Below are positions 27,250 through 37,712 of a stretch of 56,559 nt of DNA, in pieces. Both the position numbers and the translations under genes were made by a program. Origin of the DNA: Rickettsiales bacterium (lineage in GTDB: Bacteria; Pseudomonadota; Alphaproteobacteria; Rickettsiales; JBIKYU01). How positions within the stretch are numbered: the stretch's first letter is position 1; each line of letters begins with the position of its first letter. The stretch spans positions 1-56,559 of the forward strand of contig JBIKYU010000003.1 of NCBI GenBank assembly GCA_044355085.1. The letters run 5' to 3'. The notes beneath the pieces were generated by a model. It worked only from the letters and a program-made list of their open reading frames with translations. It had not been told where the DNA came from and did not search any database.

Positions 27250-28329
27250 ATGAAATCTCGCATCACTCCAGGCGGCACTTTGGGAATAATGGGAGGAGGC
27301 CAACTTGGACGCATGACCGCACTAGCCGCTGCAGAATTAGGCATTCGCACCCATATTTTCACCGACCAGGAAAACAGCCCTGCATCTCATGTTGCTGCAG
27401 CTACAACTGTCGCAAATTATACTGATGACCTTGCACTCAGACGCTTCGCAAAAACATGTGATATTATAACATTCGAGTTTGAAAATATTCCGCATGAGAG
27501 TGTTCAGCTGCTGGAAAAATACAGCCGTGTTCGCCCAAGCTGGGAAGCTCTCCACATCGCACAAAATCGCCTGCGCGAGAAAGATTTCTTTAAATCACTG
27601 GGCTTGAATACTGCTCCTTACCGAGCAATTAGCAGCCTAACTGATCTAAAAAAAGCACAAGCAGAAATCGGCCCCAATGCCATCCTAAAAACTACGGAAC
27701 TAGGATATGACGGAAAAGGACAATGGCAAATTTCCAGCAATACAAATTTAGAAAAAATCTGGAATGAGGCTAGCCATATCAGCAAAATTTTTATTCTTGA
27801 AGGCTTAGTTTCTTTTCAAAAAGAATTATCTGTTATTATCGCCAGAGACAGCGAAGGCGGCTCTATACCTTATGTTCCTGTTGAGAACATTCACAAAAAA
27901 GGCATTCTTGATACTACAACTGCACCAGCATTAATTTCAGAATCAATTACCGATCAGGCTTGGGAAATTGCACATACACTTGCCGACGCCCTTGAAATTG
28001 AAGGCTTACTCGCCATTGAAATGTTTCTAACTAACGACGAAAAATTACTGATCAATGAAATTGCACCACGACCTCATAACTCTGGCCATTGGACAATTGA
28101 TGCCTGCATCACCAGCCAGTTCGAGCAGTTTGTGCGTGCCATTTGCGGCCTACCTCTTGGTGCAAGCGAGCAATTTTGTGCTGCTATCATGAAAAATCTT
28201 ATCGGCGATGATGTAAAACTTTGGTCGCAACATATAGCCGACCCTGATTGCAAAGTGCACATTTACGGAAAACACGAAACCCGCGAAGGCCGCAAAATGG
28301 GTCACATCACGCGCTTGATACTGGAATAA
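27250..28329 (+). CDS. purK: N5-carboxyaminoimidazole ribonucleotide synthase
   Basis: ATP-grasp protein with [15 protein letters not shown] and [13 protein letters not shown] motifs, adjacent to purE. Confidence 0.93.
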   Translation: MKSRITPGGTLGIMGGGQLGRMTALAAAELGIRTHIFTDQENSPASHVAAATTVANYTDDLALRRFAKTCDIITFEFENIPHESVQLLEKYSRVRPSWEALHIAQNRLREKDFFKSLGLNTAPYRAISSLTDLKKAQAEIGPNAILKTTELGYDGKGQWQISSNTNLEKIWNEASHISKIFILEGLVSFQKELSVIIARDSEGGSIPYVPVENIHKKGILDTTTAPALISESITDQAWEIAHTLADALEIEGLLAIEMFLTNDEKLLINEIAPRPHNSGHWTIDACITSQFEQFVRAICGLPLGASEQFCAAIMKNLIGDDVKLWSQHIADPDCKVHIYGKHETREGRKMGHITRLILE

Positions 28330-30238
28330 AACCATTCCATTTCATTTTACTTTTTAAGGTAAAATTTCTCCGCACCACATCGACAATTCCTGCAGAATCT
28401 AAGCCAGCCTCAGCATACATAGAAGCTGGATGATTATGTTCCTGAAAAATATCTGGCAAACAAAGGCTGATAAAATCTACCTGCGCATATTTTTGTAAAT
28501 CCTGCAGCTCTTTTTGTACAACCGCACCAAACCCACCATTTGCGCCCTCTTCAACTGTTATTAAAAGCGAATGATTAGCAACAAGTTGCTTGAGCAGAGC
28601 TACATCAAGCGGCTTAGCAAAACGCGCATCCGCAACAGTTACCGAGATTCCCTCCTGCGCTAATGATTTTGCGGCAGCTATTGCCTCATACAAACGCGGA
28701 CCTAAAGTTAGAATCGCAACGTCACTACCTTCACAAACAACTCGCCCACGGCCAATTTCAAGCGCCTCAGCCTTATCTAATAGCGCAAAACCTTGACCTT
28801 CTCCGCGCGGATAGCGGAAAGCAATCGGACCAGAATCATATTGCGCTGCAGTTGCTACCATTCTCTGCAGCTCTATTTCATCAGCAGCGGCCATAACTAC
28901 CATTCCTGGCAAAGGCAGAAGAAAATTCAGATCAAAACTTCCCGCATGCGTTGCACCATCTGCACCAACCAAACCAGCACGGTCGATTGCAAAACGCACG
29001 GGCAAATTTTGAATCGCCACATCATGGACAATTTGATCATAAGCGCGCTGCAGAAAAGTAGAATAAATCGCGCAGAATGGCTTTATTCCTTCACATGCAA
29101 GACCAGCCGCAAACGTAACCGCATGCTGCTCTGCAATGCCAACATCAAACATTCTGTCAGGAAATTTTTGCGCGAATTTATCCAGCCCCGTGCCAGAAGG
29201 CATCGCCGCTGTTATCGCCACAATTTTTGGATCTTTATCGGCGATTTTTATCAGCTCATCCGCAAAAACCGAGGTATAGCTAGGAGCGGCAGGTTTTACC
29301 GCTGGCAAAGGCAAATTTGTTTGCAAATCAAATTGACCAACCGCGTGCAATTTCTCCCGCTTAGAATCAGGCAAAGCACAGCCATGGCCTTTTTCCGTCA
29401 CCACATGCACAAGCACAGGATGAGCAATGGTTTGATCATCGCGAATATTACGCAAAATCGGTACTAAATGCCTGAGATCATGACCATTAACTGGACCGAC
29501 ATAATAAAAGCCCATTTCCTCGAATAAATTTCCACCACTTACCATATCTTTTGTATATTGCTCAGCCTTGCGAGCAGCTCTTTCAAAGGCTTCAGGCAGA
29601 TGACTAACAACTTGTCTGGCCATGCTTCTGAGATTCAAAAACGGTTTTGATGCAATCAATCGCGATAAATAATTACTCATCGCTCCAACAGCAGGCGCAA
29701 TCGACATTTTATTATCATTGAGAATAACCACCAAGCGCCGCTGCTCTACACCTGCGTTATTCATTGCCTCATAGGCCATTCCAGCACTCATCGCGCCGTC
29801 GCCAATCACCGCAATTACTTCATAATCTTCGCCTTTTAAATCGCGCGCGACCGCCATTCCCAATGCTGCCGATACCGAGGTTGAACTGTGACCAGCCCCG
29901 AATGGATCATACTCACTTTCGCTACGCTTGGTAAAACCAGACAAACCTTCAGGTTGGCGCAAACTTCCCATGCGCTCAGCACGTTCAGTTAAAATTTTAT
30001 GCGGATAAGTTTGATGTCCAACATCCCAAATTAATTTGTCGCGCGGAGTATTAAAAACATAATGCAAAGCAATGGTTAGCTCTACTACACCCAGCCCAGC
30101 TCCCAAATGTCCGCCCGTTTGCGCAACAGCGCGAATTGTTTCAGCGCGCAACTCCTCCGCGACGATTGCTAGCTCTTTCTCTGCTAACAAACGCAAATCA
30201 GCTGGATTATTTATCAATTTCAGCAAAACAAACTCCAC
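28307..30238 (-). CDS. dxs: 1-deoxy-D-xylulose-5-phosphate synthase
   Basis: [27 protein letters not shown] and [13 protein letters not shown] (TPP motif). Full length. There is a 23-nt convergent overlap with purK. Confidence 0.95.
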   Translation of the reverse strand: MEFVLLKLINNPADLRLLAEKELAIVAEELRAETIRAVAQTGGHLGAGLGVVELTIALHYVFNTPRDKLIWDVGHQTYPHKILTERAERMGSLRQPEGLSGFTKRSESEYDPFGAGHSSTSVSAALGMAVARDLKGEDYEVIAVIGDGAMSAGMAYEAMNNAGVEQRRLVVILNDNKMSIAPAVGAMSNYLSRLIASKPFLNLRSMARQVVSHLPEAFERAARKAEQYTKDMVSGGNLFEEMGFYYVGPVNGHDLRHLVPILRNIRDDQTIAHPVLVHVVTEKGHGCALPDSKREKLHAVGQFDLQTNLPLPAVKPAAPSYTSVFADELIKIADKDPKIVAITAAMPSGTGLDKFAQKFPDRMFDVGIAEQHAVTFAAGLACEGIKPFCAIYSTFLQRAYDQIVHDVAIQNLPVRFAIDRAGLVGADGATHAGSFDLNFLLPLPGMVVMAAADEIELQRMVATAAQYDSGPIAFRYPRGEGQGFALLDKAEALEIGRGRVVCEGSDVAILTLGPRLYEAIAAAKSLAQEGISVTVADARFAKPLDVALLKQLVANHSLLITVEEGANGGFGAVVQKELQDLQKYAQVDFISLCLPDIFQEHNHPASMYAEAGLDSAGIVDVVRRNFTLKSKMKWNGFIPVSSA

Positions 30239-30594
30239 GCCAAATTGTGGTTTTAAAAATCATGATTTAATTTTTAGAAAATTTTTAGCAAAAAAACTCT
30301 ACATGAAAGAATTTTTCTAGAAATCCCATGCAGTATAACTTCCTAAAAACGAGGCTTTCTATTGCGTCCAAGGCAAAACAACTTTGATAAAAAACCAAAG
30401 CAAAAGCACATCTTCCACGCCAGAGCTATATACATACGCTGTTTCATTTTGTCACGCTCTCGACAAGCCCTTCCAAACATGAACAAAAATGTCTCACTTG
30501 CATTGTATAAATATTTCACAAAATATTAACTAAGCCTGTCTATTCTAACTTTGTTGCAATATTAGAATATCAGCGACTGCTAAGGGAGGTTTTG

Positions 30595-30897
30595 ATGGCA
30601 AAATCAGGTGAGTTGGAAGCGGATCCAGTTTTTCTTGGGCTCACACGCCCACCAATGCTTTTTGGTGTGAGCTACATGTTTGTGATGCTGAACTTTCTAA
30701 GTTCAGTTATGTATTTTATTGCTACATCTGATTTTCGCGGTCTCTTCATTGCCTTGCCTCTGTTTCATGGCATTGGCTACTGGATGTCTTCTAAGGAACC
30801 ACTGTTTATAGAATTATTTCTTATTAGACAAAGCAAGTGTCGACGTTGTAGCAATAGATTGTATTATCAATCAGCAAATTCCTACAACATTTTGTAA
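30595..30897 (+). CDS. virB3: Type IV secretion protein VirB3
   Basis: DPVFLGLTRPPMLFGVSY followed by two TM segments. GGGAGG lies 5 nt upstream of the ATG at 30595. The gene is directly upstream of virB4. Confidence 0.85.
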   Translation: MAKSGELEADPVFLGLTRPPMLFGVSYMFVMLNFLSSVMYFIATSDFRGLFIALPLFHGIGYWMSSKEPLFIELFLIRQSKCRRCSNRLYYQSANSYNIL

Positions 30898-30906
30898 GCA
30901 ACTTTT

Positions 30907-33309
30907 ATGCTCGCACTTTCTCGCCCACGCACCGATAAACATAAATACGCCAAGCGAGAATTTCCCGCGTCCGAGTTCATTCCCTATCATTATCTCTGGA
31001 ATAATCACACTGTTATCACCAAAAACAATGATCTGCTGCAGGTCGTTAAAGTTAGTGGATTTTCCTTCGAAACTGCAGATGACGAAGATGTCGATATTCG
31101 TAAAAATATCCGCAATCTGCTTTTAAAAAGCATGGCTTCTGGAAATTTTTCTTTCCATTTTCATACCATTCGCCGCAAACAAACGATTTTCAAAGAACAT
31201 AGCCTCAATCCACGCATGCCAAAAGGCTTCGCGCAATATCTAGAAAAGCGCTGGCATAACAAACATTCCGAGCGTCAAAGCTACGTAAACGAGCTCTATA
31301 TAAGCATCACCCGCCGCACCAACACGCAAGGCGTTGCTTTCATTGAAGCCTTTCTAAAAAAAATCAAACAACACACCGACAAACACGCCTGGGAACAAGA
31401 TATCCGCAGCGCTTATGAAGAAATCGAAGAAATGACAGGTCGCGTCATCACAACACTTCGCGATTACGCACCGCAGATTCTTGGCTGCACTCCTAGCGCA
31501 GATGGTGTGCGCTCAGAATTATTAGAATTTTTGGGACGCTTAGTAAATTGCGGCGCGCATTATCCAATGCTGGTTCCCTGCTGCGATATTTCTACATATC
31601 TGCCAACGCATCGAATGTTTTTTGGAAATCGTTCTATAGAGGTACGCGGGCCAGATCACACCCGCTACGCAGGCATTATTAGCATCAAAGAATACGGGCA
31701 AAGCACATCTGCAAATATGCTCGATGGATTTCTGCAAATGCCTTTCGAGCTTATAATTTCTCAGTCATTTTCTTTCATCGATAGGCAAGTTGCTATTTCA
31801 TCGATGAAACTACAACAAAACCGCATGATTCAAGCGGAAGATGTCGCTGTATCACAAATAGCTGAAATCAGCGGCGCGCTTGATGATGCCATGAGTGGCC
31901 GTATCGGCTTTGGCAAACATCATCTAACTATTCTCTGTATTGAAGAAAACCAGAAAGAGCTTGAAAACGCACTTTCAATGGCCGCTGTAGAATTAAGCAA
32001 CACAGGAATAATTCCCGTACGCGAAACTATAAATCTTGAAGCTTCCTACTGGGCGCAAATGCCAGGAAACTCAGCCTTCGCTGCACGCGCAGCTACAGTA
32101 AACACTCTCAATCTCGCAAGTTTTGCTTCACTGCATAATTATCCGACTGGAAAAGCGCGCGGAAATCACTGGGGTGACGCAGTAACTGTGCTCGATACTA
32201 CCTCCGGCACGCCATATTTTTTCAATTTTCATCTACGCGATGTTGGCCACACAACGATTATCGGCCCAACTGGCGCAGGTAAAACTGTACTGATGAATTT
32301 TTTATGCGCACAAGCACAAAAATTTGGCGTCCGCATGTTCTTTTTCGACAAAGATCGTGGTGCAGAAATTTTCATTCGCGCGCTTGGCGGAGTCTACACC
32401 ATTATCGACCCCGCTCGCCCTTGTAATTTCAACCCTTTCCAGCTCTCCGACACACCAGAAAACCATTCATTTCTAAAAGATCTGATGAAATTAATGGTCA
32501 CTTCAAATGGTGAATCAATCAGTGCCGAAGATATCTCCCGCATCAACGAAGCAATTATCGGTAATTTCAAACTAAAACCGCAAGATCGCAATCTGCATAA
32601 CATCGTTCCATTTCTTGGCTTAGACGGACCAGACACTCTCGCTGGACGCATTGCAATGTGGTATGGGCGCGGCTCACATGCGAAAGTTTTCGACAATGAA
32701 TTCGATGCCGTAGATTTCAGTAAATCAGCCGTATTCGGTTTTGAAATGGCCGAATTACTAAAAGACAAAGCCAGCCTTGGCCCTGTTCTGCTTTATGTTT
32801 TCCATCGCATTAATCAGTCACTTGATGGCACGCCAACCATGATCGTGCTCGATGAAGCTTGGGCTTTAATGGATAATCCAGTATTTGCACCGCGCCTAAA
32901 AGATTGGCTAAAAGTTTTGCGGAAACTCAATTGCTTTGTTATTTTCGCCACGCAATCGGTAGAAGATGCGAGCAAAAGCTCCATTAGCGACACTCTAATT
33001 CAACAAACTGCCACACAAATATTCTTACCAAATTTGCGTGCAACTGATGTTTATCGTAAAACTTTTATGCTCAGCGAACGCGAATATTTACTGATAAAAA
33101 CTACTGATCCAGGCTCGCGTTTTTTCCTGGTAAAACAAGGAACTGATGCTGTAGTTGCTCGCGTTGATCTAACGGGAATGAGCGACGTCATAAATATTTT
33201 GTCAGGCCGCGCTGATACGGTCAGAATTCTTGATGAGGTGCGTCAAGAACATGGCGATAATCCAGAAATTTGGATTCCGCTTTTTAATGAAAGGCTGAAA
33301 AATGCCTAA
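30907..33309 (+). CDS. virB4: Type IV secretion ATPase VirB4
   Basis: 800 aa with Walker A GPTGAGKT, Walker B MIVLDEAW and the FATQS motif. Confidence 0.95.
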   Translation: MLALSRPRTDKHKYAKREFPASEFIPYHYLWNNHTVITKNNDLLQVVKVSGFSFETADDEDVDIRKNIRNLLLKSMASGNFSFHFHTIRRKQTIFKEHSLNPRMPKGFAQYLEKRWHNKHSERQSYVNELYISITRRTNTQGVAFIEAFLKKIKQHTDKHAWEQDIRSAYEEIEEMTGRVITTLRDYAPQILGCTPSADGVRSELLEFLGRLVNCGAHYPMLVPCCDISTYLPTHRMFFGNRSIEVRGPDHTRYAGIISIKEYGQSTSANMLDGFLQMPFELIISQSFSFIDRQVAISSMKLQQNRMIQAEDVAVSQIAEISGALDDAMSGRIGFGKHHLTILCIEENQKELENALSMAAVELSNTGIIPVRETINLEASYWAQMPGNSAFAARAATVNTLNLASFASLHNYPTGKARGNHWGDAVTVLDTTSGTPYFFNFHLRDVGHTTIIGPTGAGKTVLMNFLCAQAQKFGVRMFFFDKDRGAEIFIRALGGVYTIIDPARPCNFNPFQLSDTPENHSFLKDLMKLMVTSNGESISAEDISRINEAIIGNFKLKPQDRNLHNIVPFLGLDGPDTLAGRIAMWYGRGSHAKVFDNEFDAVDFSKSAVFGFEMAELLKDKASLGPVLLYVFHRINQSLDGTPTMIVLDEAWALMDNPVFAPRLKDWLKVLRKLNCFVIFATQSVEDASKSSISDTLIQQTATQIFLPNLRATDVYRKTFMLSEREYLLIKTTDPGSRFFLVKQGTDAVVARVDLTGMSDVINILSGRADTVRILDEVRQEHGDNPEIWIPLFNERLKNA

Positions 33310-35482
33310 ATTAAAAATGATAAAATTCGCCCTCACATTTTTGTTACTCTATAACATTCAGCTAGCAACTGCGCACGCCATTCCTCCGACGATTTATTTG
33401 GAAGGCGCAAAAATTAACAGTACAAACTGCAAAACCGATCCAACAGATCCACTCTCTGTTGTTACAGTTACAGTTGGTACAGTAAATGGCAGAAATATCT
33501 CCGAACGCATAAGCGATTGCAAAAACCGCGGAATTGATCTTGCTGCGTTCCGTGTTAAAGTCGCTTTTGAACAAAAAGGTGAAAATAACCGCGTAATTTT
33601 TAATGGCACTGCTGAACTCAATGTTGATGGAAGCACCCTTTTGAATGGCTATAACTTCACTCTGAAAAAAGATGATAATCGCGCCTGCGTAATCATTACC
33701 AACCCAGCAACTCCAGGCACTCTCTACCGCGCAGGGGAAGGCGTAAACGACCATTGCGTTTATATTCCCGCACCAATTTCTCCAGCACCAGAAAATTTAT
33801 TTTTAGGAAGTGTCATTTCAAAAATTTGCAGCGGCGAAACCGATCCGCCATCACGCTTTGCCAGACCACTCACTAGCCGCATAACTTCCTGCATTGAAGA
33901 AACCATGAACAGTTTATTTGTTATGAGCGGCAACGGTCCAGAAAGCGCTTTTATTCTACTGCAAAAACATCTACAAACCGCAATTCTTGCCTTGCTTATT
34001 CTGTATGTAATGATGATGGGATTTCGCGTTCTTATTACGCAAAAAATTCCTCCAACACCTGATCTAATATGGTTTTTTCTACGTTTTGCCTTAGTACTAT
34101 TTTTCGCAACTGGTCCAGGAATGACCACCTATATTCCACTTGGAATAAGCGCCTCAAAAGAAATGGGCATGATTATGGTTCGTGCTGCCGATGATCTTGT
34201 TGATGGCAATGGAATATACAACCCCAGCAATTCCTCTTTCAAAGGCTACGATTACTGCCAGTTTTCGCCGAATCAGCTCCTTTCACAGGGCAAGGCACCT
34301 TATGAGGAAGGCAAAGAAACCACTGCACTTTGGGATATGATCGATTGTAAATTATCGAAATATTTAGGCATCGGCGATGGACCTTGGAGCACCTCACCGA
34401 AAGTTTTATTCGTTCTTTTGCTAGCCATTGTTTCAACGCCATTTACTATTTTTCTTGCGCTTTTAGGCGCACTCTATCTGGTTTTATTTTCTGCGACGAT
34501 TGCACGCATGGTCTTTAGCTATGTCCAATCCATGGTCATGTTATTTTTTCTTACCTTCCTAGCTCCGCTTTTTATTCCAGCCGTTTTATTTAACTTCACC
34601 AAACAATATTTCAATAAATGGCTAGATCAGGTTGTTGCTAATCTTCTTATGCCAATTTTTATTTTTGCTTTTATTGGCATCGCTTTTTCAGTGATGGACA
34701 CCATCTATTTTGGCAATAATCATCGCTTTGTCGAAGGTGCAACCGCTGATAGCTACAGCATTGCTGTTACCACGCAAACGCCATATGCCTGCACTGATCG
34801 CGAAGCTCCAGCCTGTATTTTAGAGGGAATAAAAATTGATACGCGCGCAGTGGATTGTCCGCTTGGCTCATGGTGTGATTGGCCAGGTCTCGACTTCAGC
34901 AATGTTGGCGGCGTTTCAATATCTGGACGCGTTAACATCGATGAAGCTCGAATCAGCGGAGGAAGCAGTAATCCAACTGGCTCATCAATCGACAATGCAG
35001 TAAATAATTCCAATGCTTTACTTGAAAGCACTAGCAGCGTTAGCACCGAAGGATCCGCAGGAGGCTCAGGATCTGGCGATTTACTGCTGTTCATAGCATT
35101 TTTAAAATTAGCACTAGCAGCGACTATGCTTTTCCTGCTTTGCCATTCATTTATGGAAATGGCTTCTGTGTTTACCAGTAGCATTGTCAATTTTTCTAAC
35201 GTTGCACCGCCTGCATTTAAATCACCAGGAGGCGCAATAGCCGGAGCGAAAAAACTCATGGAGCCAGTCGGCATGGCCGCAGGAGTTGCACGGGATACAG
35301 TTAAAATCACCCTAAACACCGCAAGTTTGGGACTTCTATTCAAAGACGGAGCTAAAGACGCAAAAGATAGATGGAAAGAAAATATAAAATCGCCAATTAC
35401 AGCCTACAAAAAAGAAGGCGCAACTGGCTTAGCTAAAGACGGGCTTAAAAAATTATTTGTAATTTCAGACGAGATAACTTGA
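33302..35482 (+). CDS. virB6: VirB6-like polytopic membrane protein, paralog 1 (subfamily A)
   Basis: Signal peptide, Cys-containing N-terminal domain and multiple TM segments. TrbL/VirB6-like block LAPLFIPAVLFNFTKQYFNKWLDQVV. The start overlaps virB4 by 8 nt. Confidence 0.8.
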   Translation: MPKLKMIKFALTFLLLYNIQLATAHAIPPTIYLEGAKINSTNCKTDPTDPLSVVTVTVGTVNGRNISERISDCKNRGIDLAAFRVKVAFEQKGENNRVIFNGTAELNVDGSTLLNGYNFTLKKDDNRACVIITNPATPGTLYRAGEGVNDHCVYIPAPISPAPENLFLGSVISKICSGETDPPSRFARPLTSRITSCIEETMNSLFVMSGNGPESAFILLQKHLQTAILALLILYVMMMGFRVLITQKIPPTPDLIWFFLRFALVLFFATGPGMTTYIPLGISASKEMGMIMVRAADDLVDGNGIYNPSNSSFKGYDYCQFSPNQLLSQGKAPYEEGKETTALWDMIDCKLSKYLGIGDGPWSTSPKVLFVLLLAIVSTPFTIFLALLGALYLVLFSATIARMVFSYVQSMVMLFFLTFLAPLFIPAVLFNFTKQYFNKWLDQVVANLLMPIFIFAFIGIAFSVMDTIYFGNNHRFVEGATADSYSIAVTTQTPYACTDREAPACILEGIKIDTRAVDCPLGSWCDWPGLDFSNVGGVSISGRVNIDEARISGGSSNPTGSSIDNAVNNSNALLESTSSVSTEGSAGGSGSGDLLLFIAFLKLALAATMLFLLCHSFMEMASVFTSSIVNFSNVAPPAFKSPGGAIAGAKKLMEPVGMAAGVARDTVKITLNTASLGLLFKDGAKDAKDRWKENIKSPITAYKKEGATGLAKDGLKKLFVISDEIT

Positions 35483-35483
35483 G

Positions 35484-37712
35484 ATGAAAAAAACGCAAAT
35501 ATCATCGCGGAATTTTTTCATAAATATCGGCATTTCCATGCTGGTAATTCTATTTCTCTGCGCGCCACAATCGGCTAAAAGTGCTATCTTCGACAATTTA
35601 GAACATTCCTCAATCGTTGCAGCCAGCTGCAATCCTAATGTAGGCGCTGGGCAACCTGGTAATTGCGCAGCTGCAAATATCACCGTTGAAAATTTTGCTA
35701 TTAAAATAAAACATGCTCCAGGTGTTAGCGTTACTGATTACACAACTGGCTGGCTTTCCCATACATGCGAATCTAACTGGCCTTTGCTTCCGCCAACAAA
35801 TTACTGCGCTGAACGCGTTGGCGATAAAATGTGCGCAGTTGCTTATATTGTCGGCATTAAAATGGATATTGCAAAAATAAATTTACCCAACAGCGATAGC
35901 CGCAATAATGATGGCAACTGCGTTCATATGCCCATGCCGCCACTGCCAAACATTCAAAGATCTTGGAGCCGAATTATTTCTCCCGCTTGCTATCTTCCTG
36001 AAGATCCAATTCGTGAAAATGTCTCCGATAATTATCAAACCGTTGCGCGCTGGCATCGGCCTTTCTTAAGCAGTATCGCCTTATGCATAGAAGACACAAT
36101 GTATGGGCTTTTTGGCGTTGGCGAACCAATTTCGCCGAACTCTGTTATGGTTGGAAGACAGTTTTTTCAAACTCTACAACGTAATATCACACCATTATTT
36201 TTGACCATCATGACACTTGCCGTGATGCTTATCGGCATACAGGTTTTACTAACGCAGAAAATCATTCCCGCCAGTGAAATGACCTGGAATATCTTGCGCT
36301 TTGCGATGGTAATTTACGTCGTGACCGGCAACGCTATTCCAACCTACGGACCTATGCTAATTAATGGCTCGAAAGAAATTGCTGTCATGCTTTTTCACTC
36401 AACAAACTCGATTAACCAAACTCCTACCACGGCTCCTTCTAGCAATTCTGGACGTCCATTTTGGGAAACTAGACGCGACACCCGCAATCTTACTCTTGAG
36501 GGATATAATTATTGCAACTTCTCAGAAGAAGGTCTGCGCGCGGCGGGAATTCAGCAATATGCTCCTGGCCGCAAAAGTTTTGAAATTTGGGATACTCTCG
36601 ACTGCAAATTCGCTAAATATCTTGGTATTGGCGATGGCTTAACTACTGAAGACCCAAAAACTTTAATTGTTGCACTAACTGCCCTATACAGCAGCAGCGG
36701 TACATTTCTGACCACTGCATTTGGTCTTATGTATCTGGGATTTATTTTTAGCTTTGCTTTTCGTGTGTTTTTTGGCTTCATAATTGCAATAGTTTTTGCG
36801 CAAGTTCTTCTCTATATCGCTCCCCTAATTGTTCCATTTATTCTGTTTAAATTTACGCGCAAATTTTACGATGCTTGGTTGAAAGAATTTCTTAGCTATC
36901 TTATTCAGCCGATTATTTTGGTCGCAGGCCTAGCAGTTGCTTTTGCAGCAATTGATGGCATTTACTTCGGCGGCAATCATAATTTCTTAGCCAATAGCAA
37001 TGGAGATTATGTAATCAAGCGTCTTCCCGCGACTCCTGATCCAAGCACTGGCATAACACCACCAGGAGAATGTCCAGACCTAAACGCTCCTGCTTGCTTG
37101 ATTGAAAATGCAGTTATTAATATAAACTCTTGTCCACTTGGAAATTGGTGTTCTTTACCAGTTCTTGAAAATGTAAATGGAACAGCTTTACTACAAGGAT
37201 TTGCAATTATGGCACTGGTTGCATTTATCCTATATTCAATTGCTGGAATATTAGAGATGATCCCGCAAACCTTGACTGACTCAATCACCAATCTTGCTGC
37301 TCAATCACCAGTAAATAATTTCTCGCCTACAAATAGCGTTAGATACGCAGGAAAAGCTGTGAGTTCAGCTGCTGGCATTGCAACTGGAGTATTAGGTATG
37401 GCTGATAAATTAATTCTTGGTGGAGCAGCTACTAAAGCCACACGCTCAGCTGCGCAAAGAATGACAAATACCTATAAAAAATTCAACGATGGCATGACAC
37501 AAGAAATCAAAACAGCTCCAGCTACAGCAGCAACTGCTCCAGCGAAACCTGCAGCTCCAGCAAATAAAACTGAAGCTCCAGCAAATAAAACTGAAGCTCC
37601 AGCAAATAAACCTGAAGCTCCAGCAAATAAAACTGAAGCTCCAGCAAATAAAACTGAAGCTCCAGCAAATAAACCTGTGTCTCCAGAATTAGATCAAAAT
37701 GGAGCTTCATGA
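35484..37712 (+). CDS. virB6: VirB6-like protein, paralog 2 (subfamily A) with C-terminal heptapeptide repeats
   Basis: Collinear with paralog 1 (C(I/L)E(E/D)TM, GY(D/N)YC.FS, DCK..KYLGIGDG). VirB6-like block IAPLIVPFILFKFTRKFYDAWL. Confidence 0.8.
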   Translation: MKKTQISSRNFFINIGISMLVILFLCAPQSAKSAIFDNLEHSSIVAASCNPNVGAGQPGNCAAANITVENFAIKIKHAPGVSVTDYTTGWLSHTCESNWPLLPPTNYCAERVGDKMCAVAYIVGIKMDIAKINLPNSDSRNNDGNCVHMPMPPLPNIQRSWSRIISPACYLPEDPIRENVSDNYQTVARWHRPFLSSIALCIEDTMYGLFGVGEPISPNSVMVGRQFFQTLQRNITPLFLTIMTLAVMLIGIQVLLTQKIIPASEMTWNILRFAMVIYVVTGNAIPTYGPMLINGSKEIAVMLFHSTNSINQTPTTAPSSNSGRPFWETRRDTRNLTLEGYNYCNFSEEGLRAAGIQQYAPGRKSFEIWDTLDCKFAKYLGIGDGLTTEDPKTLIVALTALYSSSGTFLTTAFGLMYLGFIFSFAFRVFFGFIIAIVFAQVLLYIAPLIVPFILFKFTRKFYDAWLKEFLSYLIQPIILVAGLAVAFAAIDGIYFGGNHNFLANSNGDYVIKRLPATPDPSTGITPPGECPDLNAPACLIENAVININSCPLGNWCSLPVLENVNGTALLQGFAIMALVAFILYSIAGILEMIPQTLTDSITNLAAQSPVNNFSPTNSVRYAGKAVSSAAGIATGVLGMADKLILGGAATKATRSAAQRMTNTYKKFNDGMTQEIKTAPATAATAPAKPAAPANKTEAPANKTEAPANKPEAPANKTEAPANKTEAPANKPVSPELDQNGAS
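37536..37679 (+). repeat. Tandem 21-nt repeat (6 units plus one degenerate) encoding APANK(T/P)E
   Basis: Units start at 37554, 37575, 37596, 37617, 37638 and 37659. The T,T,P,T,T,P pattern implies a 63-nt super-repeat. Confidence 0.95.

Noticed and set aside
30239-30591. Promoter or operator upstream of virB3 (TTGCAT...AAATAT, TAGAAT, inverted repeat aatatttcacaaaatatt)
   Set aside because: Several weak hexamer combinations are possible in this AT-rich region, and none has convincing spacing. I could not single out one.
34753-35343. 196-aa minus-strand ORF inside virB6 paralog 1
   Set aside because: It is fully embedded antisense to a gene with strong paralog support. It has no start context and a Pro/Ser/Ala-rich composition typical of antisense frames. 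The same reasoning applies to the other embedded ORFs in the track, for example 12437..12826, 28793..29467, 46589..47044 and the plus-strand ORFs within glcB.
37522-37710. 62-aa minus-strand ORF (YLLELQFYLLELQ...)
   Set aside because: It is an antisense artefact of the 21-nt tandem repeat inside virB6 paralog 2.
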